The translations under genes were made by a program, and so were the position numbers. This document shows, piece by piece, positions 52,824-64,000 of a DNA stretch of 64,000 nucleotides. The stretch is from Podarcis cretensis (lineage: Eukaryota), in NCBI GenBank assembly GCA_951804945.1, contig OX638153.1:61442001-61506000 (forward strand). The letters are read 5' to 3'. The notes under the pieces are model-generated. The model did no database searches, was not told the origin of the DNA, and was given only the letters and a program-made list of their open reading frames with translations. Each line of letters begins with the position of its first letter. The first letter of the stretch is position 1.

Positions 52824-53183
52824 GGGACGCAGGTGGCGCTGTGGGTTAAAGCCTCAGCGCCTAGGACTTGCCGATCGAAAGGTCGGCGGTTCAAATCCCT
52901 GCGGCGGGGTGCGCTCCCGCTGCTCGGTCCCAGCGCCTGCCAACCTAGCAGTTCGAAAGCACCTCTGGGTGCAAGTAGATAAATAGGGACCGCTTACCAG
53001 CGGGAAGGTAAACGGCGTTTCTGTGTGCGGCTCTGGCTCGCCAGAGCAGCGATGTCACGCTGGCCACGTGACCCGGAAGTGTCTCCGGACAGCGCTGGCC
53101 CCTGGCCTCTTAAGTGAGATGGGCGCACAACCCCAGAGTCTGTCAAGACTGGCCCGTACGGGCAGGGGTACCTTTACCTTTAC
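52824..53183 (+). mobile_element. Full-length young Sauria SINE with TSD
   Basis: Nearly identical to 22792-23151; TSD TACAAGCATTAAA at 52809-52821 and 53181-53193. Confidence 0.93.
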
Positions 53184-55049
53184 AAGCATTAAAACATTAA
53201 AATACAGCAATAAGCTGTTAAAGGTTTGCTGAACTAGTCTCTTTACTCAAACCTGACCAAGTGAATAAAACAGGCAAAAGTCAGGAGTCATAACCTCAGC
53301 ATTTAGTAAAAAAATCAGTGTACAGAAGCAAACAAGTTGAAGCAATCTGATACATCTTGATTAGATTTTTCTTTCTGCTAGACAGTAACCAATAATCATC
53401 ACTCACAAGCTGCAGCAGTGGAATGATTACACTGGAAAAGCTTATATATGAAACCACTTGTTTTTGTACCAAAAACCTAGCATTTAATTTGTCAAGGAGT
53501 GTCAAGATTGGAGTGTCAAGATTTTTTAAAAAAAGACGTAAAACCTTGTAAAATTCGGTCAGATCTCAATCCACTGAGAATCACATTGAATTCCCCCCCC
53601 CCCGTTGAATCTTGCTTGAAAACTACTCATGCAATACCACCAGTCATAACATCTTCCATAAGCTTTTTATCTTGTGCCTGAAATATTTAAGGTTGTGGGT
53701 TTTTTGTGGGGGGGCTGCCCAATTGTTCTGCATAATGATTTGTAAACATAATATCCTAAACTTCTTGGATTCTACCTTTTCCACATCTCTTAGTAAAAGT
53801 TGGGAGGGGGGAATAAACCCTCTGGCTATTCCAATGCAAATATTAAACTAAATTGGGGAACGAGAGCTACTTTATACCACACTTCTAGTGGCCAGATTCT
53901 TTTGCCCTTTTGGAGATGCTTCCTATTCCCTTAGTTCCCTTTCCAAATTCTGTGCTGTGACACATTAGTGTGCCAGCTGCAGTGTGTAGGTGTGTCCCTA
54001 TACATTTCATTATTAAATTTATGTATGTTTCTGTATCTCTTATAAGGGGTTAGTTTAACCTCCGGTTTGCTAGTAAAACTGAATTACTGTGTCACGAAAT
54101 GATGCTTGTATAAAAAGTGTGTCACCAACATGAAAAGTTTGGAAAGCTCTGCATTAGTTCCCAGCCATACCAAGCTGAGGCTTTTAAATTGTCTTGTGCA
54201 GAAGCTATTACCAACTGACAGAGTAGGAAGCACATCTTTTTACTGCCATGGAAATCAGGGATTGCGTAGTTTTACTTTGACTGCAATAGAAGACAAACCA
54301 AGGGCTGGTGTAGATTTGTGCTCGTTACTGGAGCATATATAAGGGATACAAAGAGACTTAGGATGTGGCAACCTTGCACCGCCCTGTCTCACTCCATTGG
54401 CAATACACACCAAGTTTCCATGAGCAGTGTGGTCTTGATACTTCACCTCCATTTGCACTGGCTACCTATGGCCCTTTAAGCTGTTTTGTTAGGGTTACCT
54501 TTACCTTTTTACCTGTTATGGTTAGGATTGGATCCTTAACCCCCTAGTTTTTATCTGCTGCAGAAAATTGTGCAAATTGGCCTTCCTTCCCATCTTGTAT
54601 TTTTACATCCCAAACCTATGGAATTATTAGGCTTGCCTAAGTCTACTGACTGCATTAGAGATGATAGAAAACCACTGAGGTATTATCTTGATTTCTTGTG
54701 ATGATTGAGATAACGCATTAATTCATTCTTCGTAAACTACTTTGCAGGCTTTTTTTATTGCACCATACAACCCTCTCCTCTTTAAAAACCGCTTTATGTT
54801 TGCTTTCTCTCTTCTCTCTGCACCCCCCAATCTTTCCTGCCAGGACATCAAGGGAGGGGGGCCTGTGGTCGGTCAGGTGTCATTGGGCTCCAACTTCCAC
54901 CATCCCTGGCCATTGTGCATGCTGGCTGGGGCTGGAACCCTCCTTTTCTCATTCCTCTTCTAGACTATAATCAGCACAGACATAATCCTTCTAAAAGTCA
55001 AAGAATCACCACTATTTGGAGACCTTTTGGGAAGTCTAATAAGGATTTA

Positions 55050-55850
55050 AGCTGCCGCTCCGGCTCCCCGGCCTGCTTTCCATGGTAAGCCCTTCCCTTT
55101 CCGCCACAGCAGCCGGAAACCCGTCTCAAGAAGATGTCGTCACTTATTCAGAAGAGGCACGCGCATGCTCTGCGCCTTTGCTCTCCTCCCTCCCTTTGGC
55201 TGGCCCCTCACACGCGCGCGCGTGATGACGTCGTTCATGTGCACCGCCTCCGGTCGCTGGTGGGGAAGATGGCGGATGGTGGCGACGGCTCGTGAGGCAG
55301 CAGCTTCCGGGATAGGCGAGCTCTAGGTTTTTGGGCCCCGCGTACGGGGCTCTGTGAGCGGCTGCTTTGTGAGTTTTTCTTCTTGAGGCGATTGGCGGTG
55401 GGGAGGCAGGGGTGCGGGAGGGAAGGAAGCCCGGCGACCCGGAAGACCGCCGCGGCTTCCGCCATCTTTAGGCCGCGAGAGGTGCCGCTGTTACGCTATT
55501 GGCGGCGGAGGGGCCTGTGGCTGAAAGCCGGGACAGGAGGAGGACGTTGTGAGGAGAGCGGGAGAGCGGCCGGCGTGGGGTTAGGAGCGAAAGTTTCAAA
55601 AGAGCCGCAAAGTCTTCAGTCGAAGCCCGGTAGGGGAAAGCCGACCATCCATCTGCCCTGCTGTTTCGGGCGCAATAAGTAATTTCGGCCTCGCCCTAAG
55701 ATCCACAAGAGTAGCTGAAGAGTGCCTTGGGTGCAGGGTAGCAGCTGTGTGGGGGATCGGCGCTTTGGGATCCTTTCCACTCAGAGCGCACCTCAGCCAC
55801 TCACTCGCTAGGTGTCCCTAAGATCAACGCCGCCTTACCAACCTCATCTC
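55050..55850. promoter_or_regulatory. CpG-island promoter of the next gene (WDR33 by synteny)
   Basis: NRF1-like GCGCATGC at about 55161, CRE-like TGACGTC at about 55226, YY1/TISU AAGATGGCGG at 55266, ETS CCGGAA. Confidence 0.8.
55240..55368 (+). other. WDR33: Non-coding first exon, probably WDR33; no coding exon in the window
   Basis: Donor candidates GTGAGC (55354) and GTGAGT (55369); identity inferred only from the recalled order SAP130-AMMECR1L-POLR2D-WDR33. Confidence 0.6.
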
Positions 55851-56689
55851 GTTTGCAAAGGAGGGGTGTGTGTGATTATGATAGGCCACCTTACAGGGGT
55901 GTTGTAAGGGCCAATCACTTGTAGATGTGTAGGACGCTTTAGGGACCTTTCTTAAGGTATGCTAGGTAGATGATAAATACATGCTTCATATAATTATTTG
56001 GGAGTGTAACTTCTTGGTGTATGAACATGCAGGGTTTCAAGTAGCATTCGATGTAAGCAAAACAAGTAGCACCTATAACTGTAAGAACAAGGTCAGGCTG
56101 TGTTCCCGAGTGCACTATTTGGCAGAAGCTCAAATGAGTACAATGGGACCTAATTTGAATAAGCATGCATAGGATTGCGCTGTTGCTGTCAGTTGTTAGT
56201 TTAAGAGCCAATAAGATGTATTAACAATGCAAACATATTAGATATATATTTCCATTGTGCAGGAATCTTACGAATATGTTAGGAAAGACTAATACTTTTG
56301 CATTTTTTAAATGTTAGAACAGCATATGCACTGAGAAATTCAATGCAAGTTCCAGAAATTGCTTAGGATCAGATTTTTTACCAGTTACACTCTTATGTTG
56401 AATAAGTACTTGCTAATTTATTTTATCAAGAAGTCATGATTCCACAATTTTCAAAAATACTGTGTGAGTAGGGCCAGTGTGTGAGTAGGATCATGCTCAG
56501 ACAACATTCCTGCCATGTACTACTTGACATACATGCATTTGTTATAAAAGTTTGTATATAAACATTTGTTATAAAGCCTGTAACTTTCTAGTTTCTAATA
56601 TATTCAGTATTAAAGTAAATTTCACATGTTCTCAGAACGCAGGTGTCTACTTTAGAATTAACTGAAACTTAATACTACAGAATGTTTCA

Positions 56690-56787
56690 GTTGAGTGAAA
56701 TGTTTCAGTGGTGCAGGAAGTTAGGATGTAAGTTTACTTTAAAACTTACATCCTACCTTCCTGCACCACTGAAACATTTCACACAAC
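56690..56787. repeat. Near-perfect inverted repeat (46-bp arms, 2 mismatches, 6-nt loop)
   Basis: GTTGAGTGAAATGTTTCAGTGGTGCAGGAAGTTAGGATGTAAGTTT-acttta-AAACTTACATCCTACCTTCCTGCACCACTGAAACATTTCACACAAC. Confidence 0.92.
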
Positions 56788-57909
56788 AATGTTTGAGACA
56801 AACATTACATTTTTGCTGGTAAGCCATAGTTTTGTTCATCTTAAAGTAGAATATTAATAAACCAATAAAATGCTGCAGATTTTATTTCTAATGCTTATTA
56901 ATCATACATAGCTTACACTTCAAATGGAATAGTTTAATCTGTTAGTTGAAATAGTAGCTATCATCTCAAATATGTAAATATGATACCCTTTGAAATAGTT
57001 ATGTATTAAATTCCATGTTACATAATTCTGCAAAAGGAATTAGTTTGACTTCTTAATTTTGAGCTTTTATTTTTATTCCTGAAATTTGGATATAAAGCTA
57101 ATTTGTATTAATTGCATGAACAGTTTTGAGTTGTTCTGCAAACAAATCCAATGGGGAGTGGAATGCCCAGAGAATGCATAGTTGGTACACTTACTGAGCA
57201 ATCCTAACTAGGCATATATGCAAGGATTTCCAGGAAACAGACACGCTGATGTATATATTATGTAAGTTGAATTGCACCCTAACTGCTGCTGGCCATGGTG
57301 GCACAGCCAGAGTTTGGGTGTCCAATATAAACCTTCAATTTCTGACCTTTCCTTGCCTCTAGTAATTACAGTTGCATTTTTGGTGGTATAAATTAAAGCA
57401 AATTCTGTGCATGGGACAAATGAATGAATGAAATTAGGGCACCATGTAACTTTTTTTATCTCTCTGTTCAAGACATCCATCTGCACCCTTAACATACACT
57501 ATTTTGTCCTTTAATTCTGGTAGCTTATTTTTGCCTCAGTAGGGCTCTCCCTTTGCCAGAGTTAGTAGGTATGCCAGAGTAAGTAATGTGCACTGGCCAA
57601 AGTGTGCAGTCAGCAAGTGGAGAGTTATGTCTCATCCCAATCTCTCCCACCTGGTGTATCTGGGGGTTAGGATTGCACATTTAAATTTTGACATGTTGAA
57701 ATATTCACTTTGTCAAACAATCTATGATGAATACCATCACATTGCATGCTCTCTTTAGTTATCCATATGTTAAAAAAAAAGCAGGAGTATCAATACTATC
57801 CACTTGAATCAAACTTGCTCTATAATTTTTTTTAACTACAAGTCTGCTGCTCATTAAGTTATGCCTTCACTTTACTGAAATATTCTAACAATGCCGGGCA
57901 AACCCAGTA

Positions 57910-58224
57910 CAGTGGTGCCTCGCAAGACGAAAAGAATCCGTTCCGCGATTCTCTTCGACTAGCGGTTTTTTCATCTTGCGAAGCAAGCCCATTGACGGAT
58001 TAGCGCTATTAGCGGCTTAGTGGCTTATCAGCTTAGCGGATAAGCAGATAAGCGGCTTAGAAAAAGGGGGGGGGAAAACAAAGTCGGAAAAACTCGCAAG
58101 ACATTTCGTCTTGCGAAGCAAGCCCATAGGGAAATTCATTTTGCGAAGCGCCTCCAAAATGGAAAACCCTTTCGTCTAGCGGGTTTTTCGTCTTGCGAGG
58201 CATTCGTCTTGCGGGGCACCACTG
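57910..58224. mobile_element. Tc1/mariner (Tigger-like) MITE
   Basis: TIR CAGTGGTGCCTCGCAAGACGAA / TTCGTCTTGCGGGGCACCACTG; TA TSD; internal TCTTGCGA and TTAGCGG repeats. Confidence 0.9.
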
Positions 58225-58539
58225 TAGTGACTTTCTGCTCACAGAGGCTTGCTTTCTATGAATGGAAGGAATTTTGGTCCCGCAGAGACTTTCGTAATGG
58301 GAGAAGTGATTTTTGATAGTTCTCCTTTCCCGCCTGCAGTGCCCTTTCAACTGTTCCAGAGGGATCTCCAACCCTCTTGAATATATTTGGGGAATTGGCA
58401 AAAAGTTCTTACCCACCCCTTCTTCAGTCAGTGGATGATAGGAGCACCCTTCCTGTGTCCAGATCTAACCTGCTGGTTTGCCTCACAGACAGTTCCTCTC
58501 TGCTTTATGGAGGAAAAAACCATGCATATATTTACTCAA

Positions 58540-58895
58540 ACTAATAATAATAATATTTACAGAATATCTAAAAACATCATAAGAGCAACATCATCAAATA
58601 AAACCCTGATACAGGAATGCCTTCAGGTGTCTTCTAAAAGTTGTGTAAGTCTTTAAAAAAAAGGAATATTGTTTATTTAAGTTGTGCAATTCTTTATCTC
58701 CTTGATATCTGAAGGGAGGGCATTCCACCGGGAGGGTACCACTACCGAGAAGGCCCTCTGCCTGGTTCCCTGTAACTTCGCTTCTCGCAGTGAGGGAGCT
58801 AGCAGAAGACCCTCAAAGGAGAACCTCAGTGTCCAGACTAAGGGATGGGGGTGGAGATGCCCCTTCAGGTATACTGGGCCGAGGCCATTTAGGTT
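58540..58895 (-). mobile_element. L2 LINE 3' fragment
   Basis: Minus-strand peptide RQRAFSVVVPSRWNALPSDIK resembles the L2 ORF2 C-terminal RAFS..AP..WN.LP motif; (TAA)n tail at about 58542. Confidence 0.8.
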
Positions 58896-59361
58896 GCCAC
58901 ATGCTCTGTTACTGAGAACTTTGTCAGTTGGAGTGCTGCTGTTCCTGACAGATACTTTCAAAATGTCTTCTATTTGGAAGACTCTTACCAATGGCTCGCT
59001 CCACTCTTCACCCCATCCTGCATCAGAATGCAGAAGGAGTTGAGGGTGATTCAGGGTGTATCATTGTTTGGTCTGGAAGATGCCTAACTTTTTTCTCTAT
59101 TTTTTGTCGTGGTCTTGTGGGTCACCTCAAGGCACACTGGGGATCAGAGTCATTGTTTATTTTAAATATAATTACTTGAAGATCCAATTAATTGCAGAAT
59201 GATTTTATTATAAGTACATTATCTGTAAGACTATAATCTTAGCATAAAAAATTAGAAAGGCCCAACTAATCAGATGAGGAATCAAATCTAGCAGACGCAT
59301 ATTACAATTTTGAAATTTGTCTCACTGTTTCACCATTCCCCTGAAAATGAGATTTGGTGTG

Positions 59362-60120
59362 TGTCAGAGCTGCCTCCAGGTCCCAGCTCACAGAGGACCA
59401 ACGCTAGGCTGTAATTATGTACAAAAGTCTTTATTGAGATTCAGTTTCCATTTTAAAGCCGCAGCGTGCAGCTCTACGTCTCGACCTTAGACCGGCGAAG
59501 TCCCGTCTGAGTCTCCTCCCCTTCCACACCAGTTTAAGACCCTCGCCTTGCTCCACCTCTTCCTAAGTTCCTTTCTCCTCTGGGCCCTCCTGCCCGCTAG
59601 GGTCTCATCCTTCCTGGACTCCTCTGACGCTGACCCTGACGATTCTTGCCCCTCCTTCCGGCGGGCTTTAGGACCTGGTTCCCTATCCGGGCTACCCTCT
59701 GTGCCGCTCGCCTGTACCTTTGAACTTGGCGCGCGCGCCCAGCCTGCAACTTTCCTCTTGACCGTTAACTCGCTCTCCGATGGAGGCGTGGTCAACCCTG
59801 ACTCATCTTCTCTCGCTGGTGGTGCATATGTGGGCTCTGACACCTGGGACTCCTCCCCCCCACTACGCTCTGGTGGGGAAGCTGGTCCTGATTTCCAACT
59901 GCTGCTCTGGGAGTCCCCGCTGGCCCCTTGCTTCTGGGGTGTCCCCCTTGGGTCCCACCTTGCACTGGCCATAGGCACCCCCTTCTGTGAATCTTCCGAT
60001 TCGCTGGAGAGGCTCATGGAATCCATCGGGCTGCTGTCATATTCTCCTACGCTGCCCTCGGATTGCTCCCCCTCGCTCTCCATCTCCTCTCCTCCCTGCG
60101 CTCCCGCTGAGTCCCTGACA
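59362..60120 (-). mobile_element. Solo LTR (Gypsy/ERV type), 759 bp, antisense to the host gene
   Basis: TGTCAG...CTGACA termini; 5-bp TSD GTGTG at 59357-59361 and 60121-60125; minus-strand AATAAA at 59435-59430 and TATA-like CTTAAA at about 59538-59533; CpG-rich. Confidence 0.88.
59487..60083 (-). CDS. LTR-embedded ORF, 198 aa, acidic/Ser-rich disordered protein with Arg-rich C-terminal motif (hypothetical)
   Basis: Longest ORF in the window; strong Kozak gaggagATGg; lies wholly inside the LTR; stop about 50 nt before AATAAA. Confidence 0.45.
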   Translation of the reverse strand: MESEGEQSEGSVGEYDSSPMDSMSLSSESEDSQKGVPMASARWDPRGTPQKQGASGDSQSSSWKSGPASPPERSGGEESQVSEPTYAPPAREDESGLTTPPSESELTVKRKVAGWARAPSSKVQASGTEGSPDREPGPKARRKEGQESSGSASEESRKDETLAGRRAQRRKELRKRWSKARVLNWCGRGGDSDGTSPV

Positions 60121-60159
60121 GTGTGACTTCTTAATTAGTTGTCTTCAACAGTGTATTGA

Positions 60160-60360
60160 GACACTGTGGGGTGGGGTGATTGTTGGACTAGGTTTGAGAA
60201 GATCCAGGTTCAAATCCCTACTAAGCCATAAAGCATTTTAGACCAGTCACTATAACTGAAGACCAATCTACCTCACAGAGTTGTTGTGAGGATAACATGA
60301 AACTATAGAAACCATCTACCCTGCCTTGAGATTCTTGGAGGAAAAGTTGGATATAGATTT
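60160..60360 (+). mobile_element. Old MIR/CORE-like SINE
   Basis: GGTTCAAATCCC B-box; ACCTCACAGAGTTGTTGTGAGGATAA core. Confidence 0.65.
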
Positions 60361-61439
60361 AGTGAATAATATAGTTGTTGTGTGGAATGGGCAAAATGTA
60401 ATTGGGTCACAGTAGCTAGCCACGTAAATCAGTATGCCCATCTGTAGTTTGTCTTGGGCATGTAGTAATTGATATTTATATTACGTTCCAGGATCTAAAT
60501 ATTTTAAATAAAAACTCATTACAACAAATTTCTCTGAATGGAACCAGTTACTTGAATTATGGCTTTGCAGAAAAGCTGGCTTTCTAGCAGTCTTCAAGGA
60601 GCCTGCTCCAGAGTAAGAAAGAAGCCCTGGGAGTTACAGTCTGTAGAGATTTAAAACCAGTTTTGCTTCTAATTGTAAATAGTTAGTGTCTGGGGGAAAT
60701 GCCTGGCTTTCTGAAGTTAGATGGGATTCATTATCTTCCACCTTGTTCTACAAATATTTTGTAGAGCTTCATAATTAAGTTACCTTTTGCACTCTGGAGA
60801 GGTTATACGAGGGCACGTACATTGTTCCTAAGACATGCAGGGTTTATAATAAGAAAATGACAAAATTCAAATTGTCTGCAGAACAGTTCATTGAAGAATA
60901 AAATGGGATATTTCACTTTGGACATTTGTCTGCATAAAATTCAGGTCTATTTCTATTTAAAGAAAGTGATTGCACATGAAGAATAAATATTAATATGCAA
61001 GAATCCTGACTAGCAGCACAACCCTAATCATACCTATTCAGAAGTAAGTCCTATTGAATTTAATGGGATTTACTCTCAGGTAAGTAGGGTTAAGTTTGCA
61101 GCCTAAGCAACAAGTGCTAGGATTTAGAAATATGTTGAACTTGCTTAGGTGCAGATACCAGGTATGTTAAACTATGCCATGTACACTTAAAGTCAGATTT
61201 CAGTGGTACAACATCCCACACTTAACCCCTAAAATGGGACTGCTCTCAAGCAGGAAATGTGAAACATAGTATTCATCAGTGGACTAGCTTATGTGCAATC
61301 AAATTACTGATTAATCTGTTGCAGAGAATCTGTTCGAATCTGCAATCTTTTTACTAGTAATATTCATTATAATCCATCAATATTCATTTATAGCAGGATG
61401 CTAAAACCATGGCTTGTATAAGTGTCCAGAAGCAAATTA

Positions 61440-62385
<946 letters not shown>

Positions 62386-62842
62386 AAAGGAACAATTCTG
62401 TGTACTTTTGCTATAATTTTACTATCTATATGGCACTACAAATGTGAGGTCCAAGCACCTCCTTCCTTTCTCATTTTTGAATTCTACTCATTTCTGGTTC
62501 CCAAAGATCCAACAAAGCATCTTAAAAGGAAAATATGCTGTGCTATATATTCTAATGGATCTTAGATATATTATATTGATAATGTTTTTGGACTGCGGTT
62601 TTAACTACAGATGTCCAGAAATGTTTCATAGTTATACCTTGCTTTGGAAACAAAAGATCATATATAGGGATTCCAAACCCATTTATGTGATATTTATCTT
62701 GTATGTAACTTTCACACAGATGTTTTTGTGCCCTTGCTGATGCAATTCCAGAATTGATCTTGGTAACACTGTTCTGGTTTTTTTGGAAAAAATTCTGGCA
62801 TTCTAAATATATTAGAGTCTGATTTAGCATATTTATACAGTA

Positions 62843-63086
62843 CAGTGGTACCTCGGGATGCTAACAGGATCCGTTCCAGAGCTCCGTTCACATCCCAAAC
62901 AGAACGCAAGGCGCATGCGCGGATCACATTTCGCTGCTTCCATGCATGCGCATGACGTCATTTTGAGCATCTGCGTATGCGCGAGCGGCGAAATCCGGAA
63001 GTAACACGCTCCGTTACTTCCGGGTTGTCGCGGAGCGCAACTTGAACGCGCTCAACCCAAAGCACATTCAACTCGAGGTATGATTG
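62843..63086. mobile_element. Tc1/mariner MITE
   Basis: TA-CAGTGGTACCTCGGG ... CTCGAGGTATGATTG-TA. Confidence 0.8.
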
Positions 63087-63325
63087 TACATGGTATAATA
63101 ATTTTGTTAATTACCCATTCATATATTTAGTAAGCATAACTAAAAAGAAATTCTGATTTTATGTGCTATATAAATATATCAAAAAAATAAATTTTCCAAA
63201 AACATTGTAACTGAAAATACACAATCTTATTTGAAATTTATATTTAAACAAATCCAAAACTTTAGTTGGAAATTATTTTTACTATAACAGTTATAAATAT
63301 TCCCCCAAATGGAAACTCTGTAGTA

Positions 63326-63504
63326 CAGTGGAACTGTTCAACTTCCAAAACATTTGAAAACCGAAAATCAAGGGATGGTCAGCAAAATCCATTGAAAAAA
63401 TGGATAAACGTGCCTTGGAAGCTTTCAACGAAAACATTCACTTGTCGATGTTCAGGTTCTGAATTGTTCTTCAATGAAGTCGTTTGAGAACCGAGATTCC
63501 ACTG
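63326..63504. mobile_element. Tc1/mariner MITE with internal deletion
   Basis: TA-CAGTGGAAC ... GAGATTCCACTG-TA. Confidence 0.7.
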
Positions 63505-63510
63505 TATATA

Positions 63511-63682
63511 CCATATTTACTTTAATGTGCCATCGAATCTAATGTACACCTCAATTTTCAGAACCTTGAAACCAAAAAGTATTTGCTGGCGAATATAAAT
63601 GTGCTATTGAATCTAATGCACACTTTAATTTTCACAATGTTATTTGGCAAAAAAAGGTGAGCGTTAAATTTGAGTAAATGCT
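63511..63682. mobile_element. Degenerate Tc2/pogo-like MITE
   Basis: TA-CCATATTTAC ... GAGTAAATG; repeated GAATCTAATG. Confidence 0.5.
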
Positions 63683-63792
63683 CAAATTATATAATGTACT
63701 TCCTTATATTGATTACAATTTGGCAAAAAATTAAGGCACAGGAAACTTCTACTAATTTTAACTTACTTAAAAAAAACTACATCATCTTCATA

Positions 63793-64000
63793 CAGTGGTA
63801 CCTCGGGTTAAGTACTTAATTCATTCCAGAGGTCTGTACTTAACCTGAAACTGTTCTTAACCTGAAGCACCACTTTAGCTAATGGGGCCTCCTGTTGCTG
63901 CCGCGCCGCCAGAGCATGATTTCTGTTCTCATCCTGAAGCAAAGTTCTTAACCCGAGGTAATATTTCTGGGTTAGCGGAGTCTGTAACCTGAAGCGTATG
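63793..64000. mobile_element. Tc1/mariner MITE, same family as 15730-15937, cut by the window end
   Basis: TA-CAGTGGTACCTCGGGTTA; shared GGGTTAGCGGAGT. Confidence 0.85.

Noticed and set aside
59548-60126. 192-aa plus-strand ORF antisense to the LTR ORF
   Set aside because: Starts at TTG and shares third codon positions with the minus ORF. A stop would need Tyr/His/Gln codons after a pyrimidine, which are scarce there, so it is best explained as a shadow frame

Overview
Vertebrate genomic DNA from a squamate reptile, most likely a lacertid lizard judging by the Sauria SINE type. Four CpG-island genes lie in tandem on the + strand, in the order I recall for human 2q14.3: SAP130 (20 coding exons, 2893-20181, 1056 aa, with a GC-AG intron and a 105-nt symmetric cassette exon), AMMECR1L (6 coding exons, 28614-41458, 310 aa, uORF-rich leader, long 3' UTR), POLR2D/RPB4 (4 exons, 48482-51707, 140 aa), and a promoter plus non-coding first exon inferred by synteny to be WDR33 (about 55.2-55.4 kb; no coding exon in the window). 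Introns and spacers hold Sauria and other tRNA-SINEs, CR1 and L2 fragments, Tc1/mariner, pogo and hAT MITEs, Penelope-like ends and a decayed Harbinger transposase. The most unusual object is a young 759-bp solo LTR (59362-60120, 5-bp TSD). Its U3 is almost filled by an intact 198-codon ORF encoding an acidic, Ser-rich disordered protein with an Arg-rich C-terminal motif. A 46-bp-arm orphan hairpin at 56690-56787 is also notable. Exon boundaries were derived by hand from splice signals and frame continuity. Gene and repeat names come from recalled sequence similarity, not a database search.
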